Positions 1 through 9,964 of a DNA stretch of 34,766 nt are shown in pieces. Origin of the DNA: Squatina squatina. Its lineage: Eukaryota. The stretch's first letter is position 1. The number at the start of each line of letters is the position of its first letter. A program made the translations under genes and the position numbers. The notes beneath the pieces were generated by a model, which was given only the letters and a program-made list of their open reading frames with translations, made no database searches and was not told the DNA's origin. The stretch lies in the NCBI GenBank assembly GCA_031763465.1, contig JARFOE010000004.1:173569-208334 (forward strand). The letters run 5' to 3'.

Positions 1-82
1 AACATCTTCTGCAGTACTGCAGATGGTGTCTGACCAAGGCTCTGTACAACTGAAGCATCATTTCCTTCTCATTGTATTCCAA
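1..82 (-). mobile_element. CR1 LINE ORF2 3' remnant
   Basis: tctgaccaaggctctgtacaactgaagca...ttgtattcc; similar sequence recurs at 34380-34430 within a clear CR1 remnant. Confidence 0.6.
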
Positions 83-384
83 CCACCCCCCCCCCACACC
101 CGTTACCGATTCCAGTTTTGACCAGTTGTTCTATGTGGGGTGAGGTATGAAAGAGGGGTAAGGCTTTGCCTATAGCTCAGCTTCAAATGCTGTGATCCTG
201 CCACAGTAATCTACATTTAAGATGTAATTAAATCTGAAAATATATCTAAATGCATATACATATAAAAACCATATTACAAAACAACCAGAATATGTGAAGT
301 GAGTAAAGGTAGAGTCATGTAGATTGTGCGTGTTTTAGAAAAAGAATTGAGCTGTAAATCATTTAAAAACAGAACAGATCAAAC

Positions 385-1358
385 CTGCATTGAAGTCGAG
401 GGCTCCAATCCTGGTTCAGTGCGTTTCTTCAGAATAGATTTCTTTGGCATTTGTGGGGCCTCATCTGGTCTATGCAAAACATAGCCACTATTGGGAGACT
501 GCTGAATGCCTAACATACTCTTTTCAAAATGCTCAGGGAGACCATAAGCGGGGTTTGCGAGTTCCCGTTGTGAGGGAGGGAGCATTTCTGCTATGATCCT
601 CTCTTCTTGCTCTTTTCCTCTTTCCTCTTCTCGTTTTTTCTTTCATTCTTGCATTTTTTCTTTATTTGGTTCTGTGTCTTTATTCTCCGACTCGTGTCTT
701 TTCTTCTTTTTTCGTTGGTTTCCATCTTTCTTTGTTGCTTTTGGTTTCTCTTTCATTCCAGCATTTTTCTTTATTTCCTTCTTTTTATCCAACGAGAGAG
801 CAGGCCATTCTAGACTGGGTATTGAGTAATGAGGAAGGGTTAGTTAGCAGTCTTGTTGTGCGANNNNNNNNNNNNNNNNNNNNNNNNNNNNNNNNNNNNN
901 NNNNNNNNNNNNNNNNNNNNNNNNNNNNNNNNNNNNNNNNNNNNNNNNNNNNNNNNNNNNNNNTTGGAGTCAAACTCTGTCGCCGGTCAGGACTTCTGGC
1001 TCTGTAATTGCGGTGCCTTTCTGGACTGCGGCTACGGCGCTCTCTACTATGACGTTCTCTGCTGTGGCTACGGTGCTCGAGCCGTGAGCGTTTCGGGTCC
1101 CTTCCTCGGTCATCAGACCTTAATTGAGGGTAAGAAATCTTCTTCAACTTGTCCCCATCACGTTCACTTGATCTTTGCCCTTCTTCTCTCGGAGACAAGC
1201 ACTGCGATCCAAAGTCTGGTCTGCGTTTGAATGAGTCACTAGAGGGTACCATGCCTAGAAACCCTGGAGATTGGTCATCATGAAGTGGATATTTCCCCTG
1301 CACATGAGTGGATTGTTGCAAAGGACTTCTGTAAATGAGACCATCAGCCATTTCATCC
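385..1358 (-). CDS. ZNF318: ZNF318 large internal coding exon, broken by an assembly gap (864-963), a CR1 fragment (~790-863) and an in-frame TGA (643-645)
   Basis: Acceptor ttgctctttgtaaccaacAG before 1358; donor ATGCAG|GTTTGA after 385. Peptides RDEMADGLIYRS...RSDDRGRDPKRSR and GYVLHRPDEAPQMPKKSILKKRTE...SMQ match recalled human ZNF318 (RDDLTDDSVFTRS; GYSLHRPEEVSVMPKKSILKKRIE...SMQ). Synteny with ABCC10 agrees. Confidence 0.85.
790..863 (+). mobile_element. CR1 LINE ORF2 endonuclease fragment
   Basis: PTREQAILDWVLSNEEGLV fits the CR1 APE motif PTR..A.LD.VL.N. Confidence 0.8.
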
Positions 1359-1561
1359 CTGTTGGTTACAAAGAGCAAGTCAGAGAAGACTGTCAGACAA
1401 ACACATTCCCACTTACCCTAACTGATGCTTCCTGCTTCTGCTCAGTGTTTCATACAACATTGTGGGCAGGCCAAGCCTCATTCACTACTGCCAGAAGTCT
1501 TCTGTGGTTACTTAACAGGAGCCATATTTACAGAGCAAGGATCTCAAGTTACACAAAAAGT

Positions 1562-1785
1562 GTTAGCTTGGCTCAGTGCACTGTCACCTCTGAACCAGAA
1601 TCAATCGAGAAATTGAGCACATCACCTAGGTTGACACTTCAGAGCAGAACTGAGGGAGTGCAGCATTGACAGAGGTGCCATCTTTCGGATGAGACATTAA
1701 ACCAAGGCCCTGCCAGCCTATTCAGATCCCACAGCAATATTTTTGAAGAGGAGGAAGTTCTACCATTCATCTCTCAATTAACGTT
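1562..1785 (+). mobile_element. tRNA-derived Deu-domain SINE (SacSINE1-like)
   Basis: Head tggctcagtg and Deu core actgagggagtgcagcattgacagaggtgccatctttcggatgagacattaaacc. Related fragments at 16710-16746 (+) and 22245-22405 (-). Confidence 0.65.
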
Positions 1786-1789
1786 GTTT

Positions 1790-2780
1790 AGAATTGTACA
1801 GCACAGAGGAAAGCCACCGTGCCTGGGTCAGCTATCCAATTCATCCCAGTTCCCTGCTCTTTCCTCACAGTCTTACAATTTTTTCCTTTTCAATTATATA
1901 TCCAATTCCCTTTTGAAAGTTACTGCTGAATCTGCTTCCACCACCCTTTCAGGCAATACATTCCAGATAACTTGCTGGGTACAAAAAAATATTCTCATCT
2001 TCCCCCTGGTTCTTTTGCCAATTATCTTAAATCTGCATCCTCTGATTACTGACCCACCCACCGGTGGAAAGAGTATTTACTCTGCCAAAAACCCTCAATT
2101 TTGAACCCCTCTAATTAAGTCTCCCCTTACCCTCTTTTACTCTTGAGAACAATCCCAGCTTCTCAGGTCTTGTCACATAACTGAAGTCCCTCATCCCTGT
2201 TAACATTTGAGTTAATCACCTCTACACCCTCCTCAAGCTCTGGACATCCTTCCTCATGTGTGATGCCCAGACGGGACAATACTCAACCAGTGATTTATAA
2301 AAGTTTAGTATAACTTCCTTGCTTTTGTACTCCATACTCTAGAAAGTGAAGGAACCCATATACTTCAACAGCCTCATCAACTGTCCTGCCATCTTCCAAG
2401 ATTTGTGAACCTTCAGGTCTCTCTGTTCTGGCACCCACTTTAAAACTGTACCATTCAGTTTATATTGTTTCGCATTCTGCCTTGCAAAATGTATCACTTC
2501 ACACTTAGTCATTAATTTCCTCTGCTATCTGCCCGCCCATTTCACCAATCTGTCTATGTCCTTCTGAAGTTTGGTACGATCCATCTCACTGTATTACGTT
2601 TCTAACCTGTGTGTCATCTGCCAACTTTGAAATGATCGTCTTTCAATCATCTCCAATATTTCACTGAAGAACTCAATCAGGTTTATCAGACTCAACTTTA
2701 ACAAATCCACGTTGGCGGTCATTAATTAACCCGTGTTTTTCTAAGCGAAAACTAATTGTGTCCTGGAATAACTGATCATC
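1790..2780 (-). mobile_element. Degenerate CR1 LINE ORF2 and 3' end
   Basis: Antisense hallmarks of CR1 RT C-terminus and tail (gtgtcatctgccaactt = reverse of KLADDT; gaatctgcttccaccaccctttcaggca). Confidence 0.7.
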
Positions 2781-2786
2781 CATTTT

Positions 2787-3255
2787 ATAGAAACATAGAA
2801 AATAGGTGCAGGAGTAGGCCATTAGGCCCTTCGAGCCTGCACCGCCATTCAATATGATCANNNNNNNNNNNNNNNNNNNNNNNNNNNNNNNNNNNNNNNN
2901 NNNNNNNNNNNNNNNNNNNNNNNNNNNNNNNNNNNNNNNNNNNNNNNNNNNNNNNNNNNNATAGTTTCAGAATACGGGGTCTCCCATTTAACAGAGGTGA
3001 GAAGGAATTTCCTCTCTGTGAGGGTGGTGAATCTTTGGAATTCCGTACCCCAGAGAGCTGTGGAGGCGGAGTCATTGAATAGATTCAAGGCTGATTTTTC
3101 ATAGACAGATTTTTGAACTACAGGGGAGTCGGGGGTTATGGGGAACAGGCAGGAAAGTGGAGTTAAGGCCAAGATCAGATCAACCATGATCTTATTGAAT
3201 GGCAGAGCAGGCTCGAGAGGCCGAATGGCCTACTCCCGCTCCTATATCTTAGGAT
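2787..3255. mobile_element. Young CR1 3' tails on both sides of a gap (2787-2860 minus; 2961-3255 plus)
   Basis: atagaaacatagaaaataggtgcaggagtaggcc tail; RNFLSVRVVNLWNS.PQRAVEAES followed by ggctcgagaggccgaatggcctactc. Confidence 0.85.
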
Positions 3256-3382
3256 CTAACTAGGAGTGCTCAATGCTGACGCTGAATGCCCAAAATGATG
3301 ATGATTATTTTCCAAAGTACCAACATCTCTCACAAAAAGGAAGTAATTTAAAACCTTCTAAATTTGACTCTCTTCTTGGCAG

Positions 3383-4369
3383 GTCCCGCTGGCAGAATTT
3401 CACATGGAGCTGGGAATGCAGGATTATCATCTGTTTCGTTATGGTGGCACTTTTCCTCATTGATGGACTGTCAATCATCTTTTTTCCAAACTTGGGTACT
3501 CTGTGGCTGGAGGTATTGGTGGACTCTGTTGCGGTGATAGCCTGGCTTGTTCATGGACTGGCAGTGGTTGCACTCAGCAAGTCGCAGTACGGACACTCAC
3601 TGGGCCCAGCAATACTGCCATTCTTTGCTGTCCTGTCTGCTCCTGCGTTAATTATCATTCTGGTAGCTAATTGTCAGAATGGACAGGTCACCTGTTCAGA
3701 ATACCTTTCAAGCTGGCTGAGATTCATTTTGATCAGCGCAGAATTAACTTTGCTTCTCGCTTATGTCATTGCACTAGTCTGCTCCCATCCTGCANNNNNN
3801 NNNNTCTGAGCGGGAGCCGCTGTTGCAGGGTGAGACTGCGACACCTGAAGGACAGATCGTGGCTGAAGATGGCGCAAGCTGGATCTCTCGTCTCTTCTAC
3901 TTCTGGATGAACCCCCTCATGAAGCGTGGCTACCATCAACAGATTTCCCAGACCAACAATGTCTTCCAGCTTCCGCCGAAACTTAGAACCCACTACATTG
4001 AAGAACGTTTTCAGAAATGTTGGCAGGCGTGTGCATTACAGAAGGCCGCATCGAGCAAGAAAAGCAAGCAAACCAAACCAAAAACTGAGAGCAGTCCGCG
4101 CATCCACAGAACTTCGCAGAGCGACAGATGGCTATCTGAGGGGGCCCAGGAAGAGGCCACATCTGCGAACGCTGAAGTGGAAGTGAAGCTGTCCTCCGTC
4201 TTGCATAAAGCCTTTGGCTGTCATTATTACAGCCTGGGGTTGTTGAAGTTTCTAGGCAGCATGCTGGCCTTTTCAGGGCCTCTACTTTTAAACTTGCTGG
4301 TCTCTTTCATGGAGTCCGGCAGCAAGCAGATAACCAAGGGCATCTGGTACTCGCTGGGGCTGTTTCTCA
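3383..4369 (+). CDS. ABCC10: ABCC10 (MRP7) large exon covering TMD0, L0 linker and start of TMD1; 3' end lost in gap
   Basis: Acceptor cttcttggcAG|G at 3381-3383. Several hydrophobic helices, then EPLL...VAEDGASWISRLFYFWMNPLMKRG and YYSLGLLKFLGSMLAFSGPLLLNLLVSFME, typical of ABCC10. The frame change coincides with the 10-N gap at 3795-3804. Confidence 0.9.
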
Positions 4370-4659
4370 NNNNNNNNNNNNNNNNNNNNNNNNNNNNNNN
4401 NNNNNNNNNNNNNNNNNNNNNNNNNNNNNNNNNNNNNNNNNNNNNNNNNNNNNNNNNNNNNNNNNNNNNCCTCTGTGAAATGGGCTAGCCTGTAAAAACA
4501 AAGACCGCGCGTTTTAAATTACTTACCGGCAGCCTCTCTCTCCACTCCGCTCCCGACTCTCAGCCCTGTAAAAAGAAAGATCGCGTTTTTTTATACTTAG
4601 TGGCAGCCTCTCTGCGCTCAGCTCCCGACTCTCAGGGATCTGAAAACAACGATGGGGAT

Positions 4660-5205
4660 TTTACAATTGAGGTGTTGCTGGACGGAAGCCCATGTAGGTC
4701 AGCGAGCTGATGGATAAACGGTACTTGGTGTGAGTTAGGACACAGGCAGCAGAGTTTTGGATGAGCTGACGTTTATGGAGGGTGGAAGATGGAAGGCCGG
4801 CCAGGAGAGCGTTGGATTTGTCTAGTCGAGAGTTAACAAAGGCATGGATGAGCAGCAGATGAGCTGAGGCATGGTGGAGTCGGGCGATGTTCCAGAGGTG
4901 GAAATAGGTGTTCTTAGTGATGGAGTGGAGTGGTCAGTACCTCATCTCAGTCAAATCGGACGCCAAGGTTGAATTTGGAAGATCAGCCGTGATCTCATTG
5001 AATGGCCTGCTCCGATCTTCTATGTTACGAACAGTGTGATTCAGCCTCAGACAGTTGCCAGGGAGAGGGATGGGATCGGTAGTTGGGGAACGGAGTTTGT
5101 GGCGGGGACTGAAGACAATGGCTTTAGTCTTCACAATATTTAATTGGAGAAAATTTCTGCTCGTCCAGTAGTGGACGTCGGACAAGCAGTCTGACAAATC
5201 AGAGA
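4660..5205 (-). mobile_element. L2-type LINE RT C-terminal remnant with a short CR1 tail nested at ~4975-5027
   Basis: LSDCLSDVHYWTSRNFLQLNIVKTKAIVF fits the L2 WM..N.LQLN..KT motif; interrupted by gatcagccgtgatctcattgaatggcctgctcc. Confidence 0.75.
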
Positions 5206-5368
5206 CACTGTTATTCTGCTGTCTGTGCACTGGGGGAGAGGAGCATCTGTGTCTTACACTGTTGACTTGGGGTGGTGAGTCCAATTCCCTGGTTTACCTG
5301 CTGAATGTTGGCTGGGGTTATCATCCCCTGGTTTACCTGCTAACCTCTGTATTTCATTGATTTCCCAG

Positions 5369-5596
5369 CTAATGACTGAGATTCTGTTTGGAATGCGAGT
5401 AATAAAGTTCTACACCTGGGAGAAGCATTTCATTGAGAAGGTTGGTAACTACAGGGAGAAGGAGCTGGGCCGTCTCCGAATCATCAAGTACCTTGACGCA
5501 GTTTGTGTTTACATGTGGGCTGCACTTCCTGTTGTGATCTCCATCTTCACCTTTGTCACCTACACCATGCTGGGAAATCAGCTCACCGCTGCCAAG
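5369..5596 (+). CDS. ABCC10: ABCC10 TMD1 exon (228 nt)
   Basis: tttcccAG|CTAATG...GCCAAG|GTTAGT; encodes LMTEILFGMRVIKFYTWE...KYLDAVCVYMWAALPVVISIFTF...LTAAK. Confidence 0.93.
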
Positions 5597-5717
5597 GTTA
5601 GTCATTTACCATCTGTCNNNNNNNNNNNNNNNNNNNNNNNNNNNNNNNNNNNNNNNNNNNNNNNNNNNNNNNNNNNNNNNNNNNNNNNNNNNNNNNNNNN
5701 NNNNNNNNNNNNNNNNN

Positions 5718-5793
<76 letters not shown>
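5718..5793. repeat. (TC)n microsatellite
   Basis: About 38 TC units adjoining a gap. Confidence 0.98.
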
Positions 5794-5798
<5 letters not shown>

Positions 5799-5965
5799 TG
5801 CTCATTCTGTTAGGATGACTGTGTTTTCAAATCCCTCCAAATTTAAAGGAAACTTATCAAATTAAATTAAAATTTGGTTCCAGGTGTCGACGATATGCTC
5901 CAGTCCCTCCGGTGCCCACAAATCCCACTCTTTCCTGCTCTCTGACTCACTTTCCCCTCGTGCAG

Positions 5966-6122
5966 GTGTTCACAGCCCTGGCTTTGGTGGCAATGCTGAT
6001 CCAGCCCCTGAACAACTTCCCCTGGGTCCTGAATGGGATACTCCAAGCAAAGGTCTCCTTGGACCGGATCCAGAACTTCCTGCAGCTTTCCGACCAGGAT
6101 CTCAGCACCTACTATATGGCAG
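5966..6122 (+). CDS. ABCC10: ABCC10 exon at end of TMD1 (157 nt)
   Basis: cgtgcAG|GTGTTC...GGCAG|GTGAGT; encodes VFTALALVAMLIQPLNNFPWVLNGILQAKVSLDRIQNFL. Confidence 0.93.
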
Positions 6123-6159
6123 GTGAGTCAGTGAGGTAAATCATGCTTCAATCTCTCAG

Positions 6160-6842
6160 TGCACAAGATAATTACAGATGAGGAAGGCAATCTTAGTTAA
6201 ATATCCAGATTGACTATGTTTCCCATTGCAGCATCCCATTAGTTATAAAATGATTTCCATGTTTTTGCCTTCCTAACTATATTTGGAAGGCCATTTCCTG
6301 TGTGATCATTCTGTCACAAAGAACTTTTTGATATCGGAGTTAAATTTACCTTTTACCAGTTTAAATTTGTGTCCCCTTGACCAACTCTATAATTTTTCAG
6401 ATTTACCTTTACCACTCTGTACTATCATATACCTTTTAAGATTATTCAAATGCATCCTTTTCAGGTTCAAAAGCCCAAGTTACTCCAGTCTTTCCTTGTA
6501 ATTCAGAGCTCTGACATTTGGGATAATGGCCCTCTCTGCAGTGCTTCCAGTACTTGAATGTATCTTGGTGACCAGAATTGGACACCGTGCTGAAGGTGCA
6601 GTCTGATCAGAACACTGTGCAGTCTGACCACAGCTTCCTCTGACTTGTGTTCAGCTGTTTTGGCTATATGTACTTCAATATTCTATTAGCTTTGTTTGCT
6701 GCCCTGCATTGTTTGGATATGTTGAGCGTTGAATCTACTAAGATTCCAGGTCTCTTTTAGCACCTCTCTTAGCTACTTTAATACCTTTTGTGGAATCTGT
6801 GTGTTGCCCATTTCTCTTGATATGCTGCACTTTACATTTGTC
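6160..6842 (-). mobile_element. Old CR1 LINE remnant
   Basis: Antisense CR1 motifs (ccagaattggacaccgtgctgaaggtgcagtctgatc = reverse of RLHLQHGVQFW). Confidence 0.6.
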
Positions 6843-7678
6843 TATCTGGACCAACTGAGATTGGGAGGAAGGATATGGACCATCTGAGATGGGAAAGACG
6901 GGCTGTCCAAGTCAGAAAGTCTCTGAGTCGGGGACGGAAGGAGCAAAATTAAAGCCTCTTGTAATGACAAACACTGACTGGGTGAATCAGAGAGAAAGTG
7001 AGTGAGATAATGGCGGAGTGATCCAACATTATCCCTCTGAAGATTAGGTGCAATACCATACTTCTGTATCATGGTCCCACTGTTGANNNNNNNNNNNNNN
7101 NNNNNNNNNNNNNNNNNNNNNNNNNNNNNNNNNNNNNNNNNNNNNNNNNNNNNNNNNNNNNNNNNNNNNNNNNNNNNNNNNNNNNNTGAAATTTACTGGA
7201 GCTCAGACATTGGTGGGCATGTGAGACAAAGTGCAGAAGACACAGGGAAAAGACCGACTGCTGAATTTTATGGTTTAAATTGAATTTACAGACTCCTGAA
7301 ATTGGCACCAGGGACAATTTGATCAATGAAGTGTTGCTGCCAATCAATGCTCTTTTGATGTCAACTGTTCAATTCCTAGCTGAGAGGGTTTTGTGCTCCC
7401 TCTGTCTATGTGGCAGTACACATGAATTAACGTCCTTTTGACAGTTATTTGTATCAACAGCTCTTCTCACTGCCCTTCCTGCAGCAATGCACGTATAACG
7501 ATTATTTTCATCATTTTGTCAGTTGAGCAGGTCAACTCATTGCAACATTGGGCAGGGGTGAAATCTACTTAAAGCTCTGTCATTTTCTAACTACTTACAC
7601 TCAGCTAAATGTTTACAACCCCTCTGCTTTTGGTTTATTAGGTCGTGCGGTGGGGAGTGAAGCATAAGGAGCCCGAAC

Positions 7679-7807
7679 ATGAGTAATACACCGACTACAA
7701 GGAAGCCATACAGAAAGGCACCGCCTCAGCACCGGGAGAATCGGCATGAGCCGCCAGTTTTTAGGGATGAGCTAGATGGGACAGCCATACCATCTGAGCC
7801 GAGTCAG
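7679..7807 (+). CDS. TJAP1: TJAP1 (PILT) first coding exon (exon starts ~7642)
   Basis: Acceptor tttattAG at 7640-7641, ATG at 7679, donor CAG|GTAACT. MSNTPTTRKPYRKAPPQHRE matches recalled human TJAP1 N-terminus MTSAAPAKKPYRKAPPEHRE. Confidence 0.88.
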
Positions 7808-7931
7808 GTAACTGAGAACAGATGTGTGCCTNNNNNNNNNNNNNNNNNNNNNNNNNNNNNNNNNNNNNNNNNNNNNNNNNNNNNNNNNNNNNNNNNNNNN
7901 NNNNNNNNNNNNNNNNNNNNNNNNNNNNNNN

Positions 7932-8215
7932 GTGCTAAGTGTGTGATGGGTGAGCAAGGGATGAGCCTCGTGGTGCAATTTGTAGGATATGCTATTTGGA
8001 GATTGAACTCACTCACCTTGACAACTTGTGTCAGATCATTAAACCACTTCCTGCACTGCATCCATATCCATGGAGCTCCAGGCATTGACCTCCACATATA
8101 CTTCTTCTCACTGCCTCCTTGAGACCTATATCTCAAGGGCCTCCTTTTCATTCTGTGGATAGAGGATGTCCCTTCTCCTAATAGGCTGGGTATTAGGAAC
8201 CTATCTCCTCTGGGC
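7932..8215 (-). mobile_element. PIF/Harbinger-type Myb/SANT ORF remnant
   Basis: APWIWMQCRKWFNDLTQVVKV resembles the Myb/SANT-like trihelix motif RT..QCRKKFNDL; frameshifted. Confidence 0.6.
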
Positions 8216-8223
8216 TTTTGCAG

Positions 8224-9215
8224 TGAAAATCTAGGCAAACTGTCAGGTGAAGGTGATCTGAGGTCAACTGTGCAAGGCTTAACTAGGTTTATGAGTAAAA
8301 GTGAAAAGACACTCATGACTCCTATGAATGAGGATGAAAATTTCAGACAGTCACTGAAAACCAGAAGTGTGGGGCGTAGTTTAGTCTTTAAAGAGCCAGC
8401 TGAAATTCTGGCTCCAAGGGAGCTGGATAACTCCCAGATTCAGCTGCCTCGCCAAGGAATTCTCAAACAGACGAACATGCTAGGAGTTAAGGTTGAAAGT
8501 CTACGTAAGGCCAGGTCTGCCGAAACTTTAGCCCAGAATAGGACAGACCAGTCAATTTACCCTTCTCAGCAAATGCCGAGAGGGCAGAAGGGCAGAAGAG
8601 CCTCTCTGCAAGGCAAACTTTGGCCACCAATCAGCTTGGCACAAAGCAGGCACCAAGGGCCAGGAGCAGAGATCATAGAGGAGAAACTAAAGTTTTCAAA
8701 ATTCCTGGATGAGATCACCTATAGAGTGCTGAGTCCACACAATCTTCAATCTTTAGGAGCTACTTGGGTAAAAGGACAAATAATGAACCATTGTTCACAG
8801 GAGTCAAGCCGAGATTTCGGTCCAGAGTCGAGATATGACAAGAGGGAAATGCAAGAAACAAGAAGAGATGGGATGGTGAAGGGTTCAGGTGGAAGCAGAG
8901 ATGTGCCTGAGAGAAGAAGAAACAGCGTGGAAATTGGAGTTGAATCCAAGAAAGGGTGGCAGGATATGGGGAGACCAACCAGTCCTAGAACAATTGGAAA
9001 AGAGTTTGTACCAAGAAAAGATAACATTGAGAAGCACCACAGCACAGAGAGAGATGATACTGATGTTCGCAGAGAAAGCATAGACAAATGTCCCAAGTGT
9101 ACAACCAAGGCACTTGAAACAAGTAGAGAGGGAGAGCAAAAAAGGACCAGGCTGGGTAGAGGAAATAAAGAGGATGGACTTGAAACCGGTCCAGAGTGCA
9201 CACAGCCTTATTATC
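8224..9215 (+). CDS. Putative large alternative exon or unassigned ORF inside TJAP1 (mostly disordered, with an EEKLKFSKFLDEITYRVLSP helix)
   Basis: Frame open from 8123 to the stop at 9296-9298 (>1.1 kb). Candidate acceptor cttttgcAG at 8222-8223; in-frame ATG at 8291. The core does not resemble a TE protein; the 3' end runs into CR1 ORF1 sequence. Confidence 0.5.
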
Positions 9216-9369
9216 TAGGAGCTGGTGTGGGACAGAAGGTTCCTTTTCATGGGACACTGGCACCCGTTCTGGGACAGGAAGGAGCTGTACCAATGTGATG
9301 GGCTCCACCTGAACCGAAGTGGGACCTGTGTCCTAGCAGAAAGGGTAAATAGGGAGGTGGCAAAGGCTC
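9216..9369 (+). mobile_element. CR1 ORF1 SGNH-esterase fragment
   Basis: FLFMGHWHPFWDRKELYQCDGLHLNRSGTCVLA contains the DGLHL catalytic motif of CR1 ORF1. Confidence 0.8.
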
Positions 9370-9758
9370 NNNNNNNNNNNNNNNNNNNNNNNNNNNNNNN
9401 NNNNNNNNNNNNNNNNNNNNNNNNNNNNNNNNNNNNNNNNNNNNNNNNNNNNNNNNNNNNNNNNNNNNNTACAGGTTAGCAGATATTGACCACCAGATGT
9501 TTTGGGCTGATGAATTCAATTGTGATTCTTATTTATTTCTCCCTCCCCAGGAGCTCTTGGGGCTGTTCCAGATCTGCTACCCATGTCTGTTTTATCTGCT
9601 AGAATGGGCTGCAGTGAAAGTGCCAGTACAAAGTGGGTTATTTGTACCAGTCGATCACTAGTGCATTTGCACAGTAATTTCATTTTTCATTGCTGTACCA
9701 CTCATGTGTGTTCTCTTTCTCTCCTCATGCTGCCGCTGCTGCCTCTGGTGTGTGTCAG

Positions 9759-9788
9759 GCCTCTATCAGCCAAAGCTGGATCTATGCA
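9759..9788 (+). CDS. TJAP1: TJAP1 30-nt frame-preserving microexon (ASISQSWIYA)
   Basis: gtgtcAG|GCCTCTATCAGCCAAAGCTGGATCTATGCA|GTtgcg; the peptide matches recalled human TJAP1 segment ASLSHSWIFA. Confidence 0.8.
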
Positions 9789-9964
9789 GTTGCGTCTTTC
9801 TTTTCTCCATTTCTCTGCTTTACAGCTATTGATAGAGATGTCAAGATAGCACCAAATGCCAATAATCTCTAATCTGTTTGCATAACAAATATCATTGATT
9901 CTGTTCAGAGTCAATCAGTTCTACATTTTACAGATGCTACTGATACTAATGCATTAATTATTGG

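Noticed and set aside
643-645. TGA as selenocysteine or programmed readthrough
   Set aside because: ZNF318 is not a known selenoprotein, the context is low-complexity with no Cys homology, and no SECIS can be assessed here.
593-829. Phe-rich plus-strand ORFs
   Set aside because: They are the antisense shadow of the Lys/Glu-rich ZNF318 segment.
1562-1640. tRNA-like A-box (tggctcagtg)
   Set aside because: It is a degenerate SINE head with no cloverleaf.
3795-3823. Apparent frameshift in ABCC10
   Set aside because: It coincides with a 10-N placeholder gap and both sides are open.
8746-9308. Minus-strand ORFs overlapping the intronic TJAP1 ORF
   Set aside because: Their Ser/Leu/Phe-rich composition is typical of antisense shadows of a purine-rich coding strand.
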